64,000 bases of DNA from Alphaproteobacteria bacterium (GTDB taxonomy: Bacteria > Pseudomonadota > Alphaproteobacteria > UBA828), in the NCBI GenBank assembly GCA_965221125.1, contig CBDCRW010000004.1, positions 256,001 through 320,000 of the forward strand, given 5' to 3'. Below, piece after piece: positions 9,591 through 20,151 of this stretch (its first letter is position 1; each line of letters starts with the position of its first letter). The position numbers were made by a program, and so were the translations under genes. The notes under the pieces are model-generated. The model searched no databases. It was not told where the DNA came from and saw nothing but the letters and a program-made list of their open reading frames with translations.

Positions 9591-9920
9591 GTGGCAGGCG
9601 GCTCCATCATTCCGTTTCCCAAGATGGGCCAGACACGTCCCACGACTCGGCAGCTGGTGCGGCACGTCCACGAGTTCTCCTCGGTGGACACCCATAACGT
9701 TCGTATGGACGAACCGCATTTCCAGCAGAGCATGAGTGAGCGGGATATCGACATGAGGTCGGTTCTGGAAGTCCTGCGGCACGGGAGAGGTATCGGAAGC
9801 CCAACGCTCGACGAATACGGAGATTGGCGGATCAGGATGGTTCGGAAGGTGGCCGGTCGCAGCGTCGAGGTGACCTTGGCGGTATGCGCAGACCACGTGG
9901 TGTGCATCACCGCCTGGTAA
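9591..9920 (+). CDS. DUF4258-family putative RNase toxin
   Basis: HFQQSMSERDIDMRSVLEVLRHG pattern, C-terminal ITAW; upstream of HTH gene; start uncertain. Confidence 0.7.
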   Translation: MAGGSIIPFPKMGQTRPTTRQLVRHVHEFSSVDTHNVRMDEPHFQQSMSERDIDMRSVLEVLRHGRGIGSPTLDEYGDWRIRMVRKVAGRSVEVTLAVCADHVVCITAW

Positions 9921-9945
9921 GCGACTGACGAACGGAGGGAGACCG

Positions 9946-10440
9946 ATGGATGGCGAGAGATACCACTACCGGGAGTGCGGACTGGACGACGTTTATCTTG
10001 TGAACGGGTTCACGCGCTTCAAGTCGGCCCGCGGAACAAGCGTCGCGATAAAGAATATCGACATGCTTCACCAGGCTATCGGCACGCATCTGTGCAATCA
10101 GACTGGGGAGCTGAGCGGCAAGGAGATCAAGTTCCTGCGGCGGGAATTGATGCTGTCCCAAGCGGCGCTGGCGCACCTCGTGGGCGTGAAAGAGCAAACC
10201 GTTCACAGATGGGAGGCGGACAAGAACAGTATGCCGAGAGCAACGGAGGCTCTGTTGAGGCGTCTCTACATGGAGCAGGTCGAGAGCGACAACGATAGCC
10301 TTCGAGACCTGCTGAAGCGGATTGCCGATCTCGAAGATGCGATTCACCACCGCCAGGAATTGATCTTCAAGCTCAAGACCACGAGGCGGAGAAAGACTTC
10401 AGCCGGGCAACAGCCGGTGCAATGGGCATTGGCTGCTTAG
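9946..10440 (+). CDS. MqsA-like XRE HTH antitoxin/regulator
   Basis: YHYRECGLDDVYLVNG N-terminus; HTH EIKFLRRELMLSQAALAHLVGVKEQTVHRWE. Confidence 0.8.
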   Translation: MDGERYHYRECGLDDVYLVNGFTRFKSARGTSVAIKNIDMLHQAIGTHLCNQTGELSGKEIKFLRRELMLSQAALAHLVGVKEQTVHRWEADKNSMPRATEALLRRLYMEQVESDNDSLRDLLKRIADLEDAIHHRQELIFKLKTTRRRKTSAGQQPVQWALAA

Positions 10441-10704
10441 CCCGCATTTCTCACCAGGGTCATGGTCTGCGCGGCGTTGTCCGGCCGTCAGGCAAGGAGA
10501 GGCGCGCAGCGCGATGTGGTGCATCGGGCAAGCGCATCGACGCAGCATGTCGGCCGGACAGCGTCGCCCTTCGGGTCGCGCCCAGGCGCCCGCCCGCGGC
10601 GTCGCGGGCCTCAACCGTATTCCCTGATACGCTTTTCGGCCCGCTCCTGGCGGATCGAACGCCTGGACGCGACGCAGGCCGTGACCCTGGTGATAAATGC
10701 GGGC
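10440..10704. mobile_element. MITE, 265 bp, ~32-bp imperfect terminal inverted repeats, TA-flanked
   Basis: left GCCCGCATTTCTCACCAGGGTCATGGTCTGCG vs reverse complement of right GCCCGCATTTATCACCAGGGTCACGGCCTGCG; TA at 10438-10439 and 10705-10706. Confidence 0.85.
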
Positions 10705-10791
10705 TAGGGACGCCAGAAGCTCCCCTGCCAAGCCAGGCGGCGATGAAGTCGTCGACAGCTCAAATTGCGCTATTGTGCTGCCTACCTGCGC

Positions 10792-10822
10792 CGGTTGACA
10801 CGGCCGCCCCATGCCATAAATT
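10792..10822 (+). promoter_or_regulatory. sigma70 promoter of tRNA-Gln (contains direct repeat copy 2, 10792-10816)
   Basis: TTGACA 10795-10800, TAAATT 10817-10822, just upstream of tRNA. Confidence 0.7.
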
Positions 10823-10838
10823 TCGGGCCACAGCCTGC

Positions 10839-10912
10839 TGGGGGATAGTCTAACGGTAGGACAGCGGACTCTGACTCCGTAGGTCCAGGTTCGAATCCTG
10901 GTCCCCCAGCCA
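10839..10912 (+). tRNA. tRNA-Gln(CTG)
   Basis: acceptor TGGGGGA/TCCCCCA, anticodon arm GCGGA-CT-CTG-AC-TCCGT, GGTTCGAATCC, encoded CCA. Confidence 0.97.
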
Positions 10913-10975
10913 CCTCTCCCGCCCGGCACGGCCCGATGGCCCGGCCGGGCGACGTGATTCTGGCGAGCGCCCAAA

Positions 10976-12073
10976 TCAGGCGTGGGTGCGGGTCTTATCC
11001 GGGTCGTAGAACGGAATCTGCGAGACCGTGGCCTGGCACTGCATGGTCTCGCTTTCCAGCATCAGCTCCGTGCCCTCGGCGGCCGCGTTCGGCGAGACGT
11101 GGCAGAGCGCGAGTGACTTCTGGAGCCGGTGCGACCAGGCCGGGCTGTTGACGATGCCGACCTTGTCGCCGTCGAGGGTGAGCGTGGCGCCCGCCTCCGC
11201 CGCGTCGTCGTGATCGGCGACGATGCCGACCATCAGTATCTTCTCCTGCCCCTCGCGGGCGAACACCGCGTCCCTGCCGCGAAAATCGCCCTTCTTGCGC
11301 GAGACCGACCAGCCCATGGTCACCTCCCAGGGCGTGTTCTCCTCGGTCATGTCGTAGGGATAGAAGAGGAGCGCCGCCTCCACCCTGATCTTGTCGAGGC
11401 AGGTGAAGGAGCAGGGAACGATGCCGGCGCCCGCGCCGGTCGCGAGGATCTCCTCCCAGAGCGGCACCACGTGCTCGGCGGTGGCGAAGATCTCGTAGCC
11501 GCGCTCGCCGGAATAGCCGGTCCGCGAGATCAGCACCGGGCGGCCGAAGAGCGTGGTCTCCGCCTGGTGGAAGTAGCCGAGCGCGGGCAGGTCGATGGGC
11601 GTGTGCGCATCGAGGAAGCCCACCGATGCCGGCCCCTGCAGCGAGATGTCGTGCAGGTCGTCGTCGAAGACGATGCTCGCGTCGCGGCCCGCCGCGCTCT
11701 CCTGCAGCTTCTCCATGCAGGCGCCTGCGCCGTGGACGACGAGGAAGTCGTCGTCGCCCAGGGTGAAGATGATGGCATCGTCGCAGATGCCGCCGTCATC
11801 CTGGAGGATCGGCCCGTAGGCCGAGCGCCCGATGGGGATCCGGGTCATGTCGCGGGTGATGATGTGATCGCAGACGGCGGCGGCGTCGCTGCCGCGCACG
11901 CGGACCTTCTTGAGGCCTGAGACGTCGAAGAGGCCGGCGCGCTCCCGCACCGCGTCGTGCTCGTCGCAGGGGTCCGAGTCGTAGGTCCATGGCGCGCCCA
12001 TGCCGTTCCAGTCCTCGAGGTTGGAGCCGAGCGCCCGGTGGTGCGCGGCCAGCGCCGATTCACGTGTGCTCAT
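10976..12073 (-). CDS. stand-alone GcvT-type aminomethyltransferase (THF-binding) protein
   Basis: AVRERAGLFDVS, LQGP, SRTGYSGERGYE, RVEA, PFYDP. Confidence 0.9.
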   Translation of the reverse strand: MSTRESALAAHHRALGSNLEDWNGMGAPWTYDSDPCDEHDAVRERAGLFDVSGLKKVRVRGSDAAAVCDHIITRDMTRIPIGRSAYGPILQDDGGICDDAIIFTLGDDDFLVVHGAGACMEKLQESAAGRDASIVFDDDLHDISLQGPASVGFLDAHTPIDLPALGYFHQAETTLFGRPVLISRTGYSGERGYEIFATAEHVVPLWEEILATGAGAGIVPCSFTCLDKIRVEAALLFYPYDMTEENTPWEVTMGWSVSRKKGDFRGRDAVFAREGQEKILMVGIVADHDDAAEAGATLTLDGDKVGIVNSPAWSHRLQKSLALCHVSPNAAAEGTELMLESETMQCQATVSQIPFYDPDKTRTHA

Positions 12074-12125
12074 GCTCCCTCTCCCTTGTCGTATCCCTCA
12101 GTCGCCGGGCAGGGTTGCTCCCGCT

Positions 12126-14423
<2,298 letters not shown>

Positions 14424-14505
14424 CTACGGCGCAGGATAGCATAGTGGACGCGGGGCCGGTAGACGCTCGACTATCAGTGGCGGCATCAATTTACCTAACA
14501 CTCGA

Positions 14506-14555
14506 TTGGTAGAACCAAAATGGTCGCATGGCGATACTCTGATTGGTCCAACCAA
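14506..14555. promoter_or_regulatory. two FadR/GntR-type operators TTGGT-N3-ACCAA
   Basis: TTGGTAGAACCAA 14506-14518 and TTGGTCCAACCAA 14543-14555 in divergent intergenic region. Confidence 0.75.
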
Positions 14556-14590
14556 CAACTCGTATTTGTGCCCTAATTTGTCGCGCGGTC

Positions 14591-14620
14591 TTGACTCGGA
14601 TCAATGACACCGAATACGAT
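14591..14620 (+). promoter_or_regulatory. putative sigma70 promoter of ABC operon
   Basis: TTGACT-18 bp-TACGAT. Confidence 0.5.
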
Positions 14621-14726
14621 TTTGTCTGACGATTTCGCGACAGGAGCGTAATCGATCTGGCTGCCTCGGCAGATCGCGCCGCGCCACGGCGCTCCGCGCA
14701 GCCGCACCCAACAGGGAGACCAAGTC

Positions 14727-15998
14727 ATGGGCAAGAAGGGACTTACACGCAGGCAATTCACCGGCACCGCCGCAGCCGCGGCCGGCGCCGTTGCCGCGTC
14801 GTCGTTCGGCGCCCCCTATGTTGCACAGGGCGCCGAGAAGGTCGTCAAGCTCGGCTTTCTGGGGCCGCTCACCGGTGAAGTGGCGGGCTGGGCCCTGCCG
14901 GGCCGCAATGCTTGCCTGATCTGGGCCGACCAGGTCAACGCGGGCGGCGGCATCAAGATCGGCGACGACAACTACATGGTCGAGATCGTCTCCTACGACA
15001 ACGAGTACCTGGCGGACAAGTCGTTGATCGGTGCGAAGAAGCTGGTGCTCGAGGACGACGTCAAGTTGGTCTTGATGCTGGGCGGCACCGACGCGCCGGC
15101 GGCCGTGCAGTTCTTCACCAAGCAGAAGATGCTGTCGACCACCCTGCTGCCGAGCGATCTCACCCCCGACACGCTCTATCACCTGGCGCCCGCCGAGGTG
15201 CATCCGCTCTACAACGTGACCGGCGTCGAGTGGCTCGCTGAGAACCGGCCGGAGCTCAAGACCGCTGCGATCTGCGCCCAGGACGACGAGCTCGGGTGGC
15301 CCTCGGTCGCGACCTATCTCGCTGCGTTCGAGGCGGCAGGCATCGACGTCGTCTACAACAAGTACTTCGACATCGGGACCACCGACTTCGCGCCGGTGGT
15401 GACCGCGATGCTGGCCGAGAATCCTGACATCGTCTGCCTCGACACGGCCTATCCGGACTTCGTCAACCTGCTCTGCGAGCAACTCTTCCTGCAGGACTAC
15501 AAGGGGCAGATCATCTCCTGCACCCTCGATTTCTACGGGCGGATTATCGAGAAAACGAGCACGGAGTTCCTCGAGGGTCTGATCTTCCAGTTCCCGGATT
15601 TCGACGACCCGGCGATGAACGAGCCGCACATTAACTTCGAAAACCCCAACGAGTTCTTCGTCAACTACAACGAGCGCTTCCCCGACGCCTGGAGCGCGGT
15701 GACCTGGGAATATCCCGCCATCGCCGAGATGTGGAGACTGGCGGCCGAGAAGGCCGGCAGCGTCGAGCCGATGGCCGTGTTCGCGTCGCTGAAGGAAGGC
15801 GGGCGCGGCCCCCACGTCTTCGGCGACGCCGACTGGTGGGGCGAAGAGCTGTGGGGCATCGACAACGCCCTGGTCGGCAACTGGCCGGTGGTGCAGATCC
15901 AGAACGGCAAGGCCACGATCGTCGAGTACCGCAACATCATCGACTGGTGGAACAAGCACGGCGAGCTGTTGAAGAAGCATACCGCGGAGCAAGGCTGA
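14727..15998 (+). CDS. Liv/HAAT-type ABC substrate-binding protein with Tat signal
   Basis: LTRRQF Tat motif; LGFLGPLTG, NAGGGI, TTDFAPVVT. Confidence 0.9.
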   Translation: MGKKGLTRRQFTGTAAAAAGAVAASSFGAPYVAQGAEKVVKLGFLGPLTGEVAGWALPGRNACLIWADQVNAGGGIKIGDDNYMVEIVSYDNEYLADKSLIGAKKLVLEDDVKLVLMLGGTDAPAAVQFFTKQKMLSTTLLPSDLTPDTLYHLAPAEVHPLYNVTGVEWLAENRPELKTAAICAQDDELGWPSVATYLAAFEAAGIDVVYNKYFDIGTTDFAPVVTAMLAENPDIVCLDTAYPDFVNLLCEQLFLQDYKGQIISCTLDFYGRIIEKTSTEFLEGLIFQFPDFDDPAMNEPHINFENPNEFFVNYNERFPDAWSAVTWEYPAIAEMWRLAAEKAGSVEPMAVFASLKEGGRGPHVFGDADWWGEELWGIDNALVGNWPVVQIQNGKATIVEYRNIIDWWNKHGELLKKHTAEQG

Positions 15999-16070
15999 CC
16001 CTGCAGCCTGCGGTAACCACCACGTTATGACGCGGCGGGTCCGTCGTCAGCACGGACCGCCGCACAGGCG

Positions 16071-16102
16071 AGCCGGGGCAGTGCAGCCCCGGCTTTTCCT
16101 TT
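16071..16102 (+). terminator. intrinsic terminator/stabilising hairpin after SBP gene
   Basis: AGCCGGGGC-AGTGCA-GCCCCGGCT followed by TTTCCTTT. Confidence 0.65.
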
Positions 16103-16203
16103 GTAGTATTCGTGACCGGGCGAGTGGATGCACCGCTCGGCCCGGCGCGGCTTTTCCGCCGGCAGGCCGCGGCTTGATACGTCGCTGATCCGCACGAGGG
16201 ACC

Positions 16204-17079
16204 GTGGATACTGTCGTTCAGACGCTGGTGAACGCTCTGATGCAGAGCAGCTTCGTCGCGCTGATGGCGGTGGGCCTGGTTCTCATCTTCGGCGTCATGC
16301 GGGTCATCAACTTCGCCCACGGCGAGTTCTACATGGCCGGCGCCTACGTCGTGTTCTGGCTCTACGCCCAGCACGAGCTGCCCTTCTTCGCTGCCGTGGT
16401 TGCGGCCATGATCATCGTCGGCATCATCGGACTGATCATCGAGCAGCTTCTGTTCAAGCCGATGCGGGACAACCCGCTCGGCGGGCTGATCATGTCCATC
16501 GGCGTGCTCTTCATCCTCCAGGTGCTCGCCGCGGTCATTTTCGGCGTCGGCCTGATGAAGCACATCCCGCCGCTCTATCCCGGGGCAACGCCGCTCTTCG
16601 GCATGGACGGCGTCTCGGTGCCGTGGCAGCGGCTCGTCGCCTTCGGCATTGCGGTCGTGCTACTGATCGGGTTCTGGCTCTTTCTCAAGCGCACACGGCT
16701 CGGCTGGGCGCTCCGCGCCTGTGCGCAGGACCGCGAGGCGGCGGCGCTCCAGGGCATGTCGATCAACAAGCTGGCGCTGCTGGCCATGGGGCTCGGCGCC
16801 GGCATGGCGGGCGCCGCCGGCGCGATCATGGCGCCGCTGGTCCGCGTCTATCCCTATATCGGCGGCCCGGTGATCGTGACCGCCTTTATCGTCATCGTCG
16901 TGGGCGGCATCGGCAGCCTCGAAGGCGCGGTGCTGGCCGCGGTGCTCTACACCTTCTTCCACACCTTCGTCGCAACCTACCTCGACGGGACCATCGCGAG
17001 CATCCTCGGCCTGCTGCTGATGCTGCTCGTGCTCATCGTGCGGCCCGCCGGACTGCTGGGTAAAGGTGAGAAGGTCTAA
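16204..17079 (+). CDS. Liv-type ABC permease (LivH-like)
   Basis: GLVLIFGVMRVINFAHGE, GWALRACAQD, VGGIGSL. Confidence 0.92.
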   Translation: MDTVVQTLVNALMQSSFVALMAVGLVLIFGVMRVINFAHGEFYMAGAYVVFWLYAQHELPFFAAVVAAMIIVGIIGLIIEQLLFKPMRDNPLGGLIMSIGVLFILQVLAAVIFGVGLMKHIPPLYPGATPLFGMDGVSVPWQRLVAFGIAVVLLIGFWLFLKRTRLGWALRACAQDREAAALQGMSINKLALLAMGLGAGMAGAAGAIMAPLVRVYPYIGGPVIVTAFIVIVVGGIGSLEGAVLAAVLYTFFHTFVATYLDGTIASILGLLLMLLVLIVRPAGLLGKGEKV

Positions 17080-18109
17080 CCGCCTCATCGCGACAGGCGG
17101 CGGGCTGGCCCTCGTGCTGGCCGTCTTCTGCGCGCTGCCGTTCCTGGTCGCGATCTACCGCATCGACATCCTGATCTTCCTGCTGATCAACGTGATCCTG
17201 GCGATCAGCTACCGGTTCCTCACGCTTGCCGGCGAGTTCTCGCTCGCCCACGTGGTGATGATGGGGGTGGGCGCCTACGGCAGCGCGCTCGCGACCAAGG
17301 AGGCCGGCCTCTCGGTCTGGCTGGCGGCGCCGCTGGCGGCGGCCTTCACGGGCCTGCTGGCGCTGGTGCTCGCCTTCCCGCTGTTCCGGATGAAGGGCTT
17401 CTACTTCCTGATCGGCTCCTTCGCCGCCGGCGAGGCGATCCGGCTGACCTGGAACCGCTTCCGCGATCCCTTCGGCGGCCCCGGCGGCCTGGTGTTCATC
17501 CCCTCGCCCGAAATTCCGCTCCCCGTCCTCGGCATGTTCGACGTCGCGGCGGACCCCATCGCCTACTACTTCCTGTGCCTCGCGATCGTGGTCATCACGA
17601 TCTTCATCTTCTACCGGCTGGAGCACTCCCGCTTCGGCCTCACGCTGCACGCGATCCACTGGCAGGACGTGCTCGCCGAATCGGTCGGCGTGCACATCTG
17701 GTGGTACAAGACCTTCGCCCTGGTGCTCGCGTCCGGCTTCGCCGGGCTCGCGGGCGGGCTCCTCGGCCACTACCTCGGCACCGTCAACCCGGTCCAGTTC
17801 AACCTGCACATCATGCTGTTCGTGCTGGTATGGGTGATCGTGGGCGGCACGCGGACCATCGCCGGCCCCATCATCGGCGTCATCGTGCTGACGGTCGTCG
17901 ACCAGGGCCTGCGCGGCTTCGACGAATGGCGGCCGCTGTTCTACGGCGCGATCCTGATCCTCACCGTGATGTTCCTGCCCGACGGGCTGGAGAGCCTGCC
18001 GCGTCGCCTGAAGGAGTGGTACGAGCTGGCGCGGCACGGGCGCCACCCGCAGGTCAGCGACGACGAAGAACCACCGGAGTCAGATAAACCGCCGCCTCGA
18101 GACGCCTGA
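17066..18109 (+). CDS. Liv-type ABC permease (LivM-like)
   Basis: GEFSLAH, GGPGG, IVGGTRTIAGPIIG, FLPDGL. Confidence 0.9.
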   Translation: MRRSNRLIATGGGLALVLAVFCALPFLVAIYRIDILIFLLINVILAISYRFLTLAGEFSLAHVVMMGVGAYGSALATKEAGLSVWLAAPLAAAFTGLLALVLAFPLFRMKGFYFLIGSFAAGEAIRLTWNRFRDPFGGPGGLVFIPSPEIPLPVLGMFDVAADPIAYYFLCLAIVVITIFIFYRLEHSRFGLTLHAIHWQDVLAESVGVHIWWYKTFALVLASGFAGLAGGLLGHYLGTVNPVQFNLHIMLFVLVWVIVGGTRTIAGPIIGVIVLTVVDQGLRGFDEWRPLFYGAILILTVMFLPDGLESLPRRLKEWYELARHGRHPQVSDDEEPPESDKPPPRDA

Positions 18110-18758
18110 GATCGCTCATCGTCTGGTCCTCCGATGCGGCCGCGAGGCGATCTGGTCCGAAGCTCACCGGGTCGCGCTCGATCGCCTCGGCCCGCTGTCG
18201 CGCGTCCTGAGCCGCCGTCTCGTCTCCCGCTTGTGCCTTCAGCGCCGCGAGGACGCGGCAGATCGGCGCCTGGTCGCTGTCGCGCCAGCCGAGGCCCGAC
18301 AACCGCAGCTCTTGCGCTTCCTCCAGAGCGGCCGCCGGATTGCGCGCGAGGTGGGCACCGCCGGCGAGCGCCGCCCCCCGGCCGGCACCGAGAAGCTTGG
18401 CGAACTCGACACGGGCGAGCGCGTCGTAGCGCCGCCGATGCTTCGCCTCCAGCCGAAGGTGGAAGCCCGAGCTGCGCGCGCGCTGGGGGAGCGCCATGCG
18501 CGCGATCCAGGCCTCTGCTGCCTCCCAAGCACGAAGCGCCCGGCGGAAGGCCCGGCGCGCGCTCGCGGCGTTGCCTTGCGCGGCGTGGCAGAGAGCGAGG
18601 TGGGTCCGGCTTGCGGCCCGGCGCGGGTCGTCCGTATCGAAGGCCCGGCCGATGGCGGCGGCGGAGCGCCAGGCGGCGTACGCCTCCTCGATACGGCCCT
18701 CCTGAAAGGCCGCGAGGCCCTCCAGCGTGCGTGCTTCCCAGCGCCGGTCGGCCGACAT
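18054..18758 (-). CDS. TPR-like hypothetical protein
   Basis: helical repeats, DDPRRAASRTHLA; 3 bp downstream of LytTR gene; 3' end overlaps livM-like gene. Confidence 0.6.
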   Translation of the reverse strand: MSADRRWEARTLEGLAAFQEGRIEEAYAAWRSAAAIGRAFDTDDPRRAASRTHLALCHAAQGNAASARRAFRRALRAWEAAEAWIARMALPQRARSSGFHLRLEAKHRRRYDALARVEFAKLLGAGRGAALAGGAHLARNPAAALEEAQELRLSGLGWRDSDQAPICRVLAALKAQAGDETAAQDARQRAEAIERDPVSFGPDRLAAASEDQTMSDLRRLEAAVYLTPVVLRRR

Positions 18759-18761
18759 CGT

Positions 18762-19568
18762 TCAGACCAGGCCGGCGGCGCGGACGGCGGCCATGTAGGT
18801 GCGGCTTACCGGCACCTCGTGTCCGCCGGTGAGCCGCAGCGTCGTGCGGCCGTCCCGCCGCGCAGCCCCCTGGACGTGCTGGCGCGCGACCCAGTAGGAG
18901 CGATGCACCCGGAGCCCGCCTGCGTCGTCGAGCTCGGCGACGGCGTCGACGAAGCGCATGAGCACCAGGGTCGAGCCCGCCGTGGTGACTGCTTCGACGT
19001 AGTGGTCGGCGGTCTTGAGATAGACGAGGTCGCGGCCGAGTTTTTCGGGCAGGCGGTCGAGGAAACGCGCCCCGGGCGCAGGGCCGGCGGTTGACGCCTC
19101 GGCCGGATCGGCCACGGCGTCGGCGCTTCCCGCCGTCAGCCGGCGCCGGACTTCGATGACGGAGACGACGGACATCCCGATCACCAGCATCAGCACGGCC
19201 ACCGAGAGATAAATCGTGGGGACGGAGACTCCGGTGGTGTAGCCGGGCCGGAAGAGCGCTTCAGCGCCGTACACGAGCCCGGTACCGGGCGCAGCCGCGA
19301 GCGGTGCCGCGCACGCGGCCACGAGGACGCGCCGGCGCATCGATTCGCCGCCGACGGTGACCAGCGCCGCCATCATGATGCCGCCGCAGACGAGCCAGTT
19401 GCCGCCCATCGCCACCGCCCAGTAGCCGAGTCGGCCGCCCAGCCCGAGGGAATCGTAGGTGCCGAAGGGGCCGATGAAGGCGAAGAGCAGCACCAGGCCG
19501 ACGAGCGCCGCCCCCTGACCGGCCAGCGAGCGGCGCAGTTCGCGAAGCGTGAACGGCGATTCCTGCAA
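18762..19568 (-). CDS. membrane-anchored LytTR family transcriptional regulator
   Basis: N-terminal TM helices; C-terminal DHYVE, GLRVHRSYWVA, VPVSRTY. Confidence 0.9.
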   Translation of the reverse strand: MQESPFTLRELRRSLAGQGAALVGLVLLFAFIGPFGTYDSLGLGGRLGYWAVAMGGNWLVCGGIMMAALVTVGGESMRRRVLVAACAAPLAAAPGTGLVYGAEALFRPGYTTGVSVPTIYLSVAVLMLVIGMSVVSVIEVRRRLTAGSADAVADPAEASTAGPAPGARFLDRLPEKLGRDLVYLKTADHYVEAVTTAGSTLVLMRFVDAVAELDDAGGLRVHRSYWVARQHVQGAARRDGRTTLRLTGGHEVPVSRTYMAAVRAAGLV

Positions 19569-19671
19569 CTCGCGAATAATCCCGTGGCGTTTGCGTATCG
19601 GACGATGACGCGCGGCGTCGGCCTGCTCACCCTGCCCCGGTCAGCCAACCCCACGCTCAGGAGAATATGTG

Positions 19672-20151
19672 ATGACCATTCGAACCGCATCCATCAAGGG
19701 CTTCGCTCTGGCCGCCGCGATCGCCTGCACGGCCTCGCTCGCGTCCGGGGCTGCGGCGGCCGATCTCGAGGTCCGTGTCGACGGCCTGCGCTCGTCCGAC
19801 GGCGACGTGCGCGTGGCACTCCACCGGCAGGTATCGGACGACAGCTTCCCCGGCGATGCCGGCGTGGTCGGCGCGTCCTTCCGTCGGGCCGCCGAGGGTA
19901 CCGTGCGCTTCGTCTTCGCGGACGTGACGCCCGGTGCCTACGCGGTGGCCGCGTTCCACGACGCCGATGGCGACGGCGCGCTCAACCAGAACCTCGTCGG
20001 CATGCCGACCGAGGGCCACGGCTTCTCCAACGGCGCGCGCGGCTTCATGGGCCCGCCCAGCTTCGAGGACGCGGCCGTGACCGTGGACGAGAGCGAGGCT
20101 GTGGTCTCCATCACCGTCTCCATCGACTATCCGATCGGGGCGCAGCAATGA
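19672..20151 (+). CDS. DUF2141 family exported protein
   Basis: signal peptide; PGAYAVAAFHDADGDG, GMPTEGHGFSN, GPPSFEDA. Confidence 0.88.
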   Translation: MTIRTASIKGFALAAAIACTASLASGAAAADLEVRVDGLRSSDGDVRVALHRQVSDDSFPGDAGVVGASFRRAAEGTVRFVFADVTPGAYAVAAFHDADGDGALNQNLVGMPTEGHGFSNGARGFMGPPSFEDAAVTVDESEAVVSITVSIDYPIGAQQ

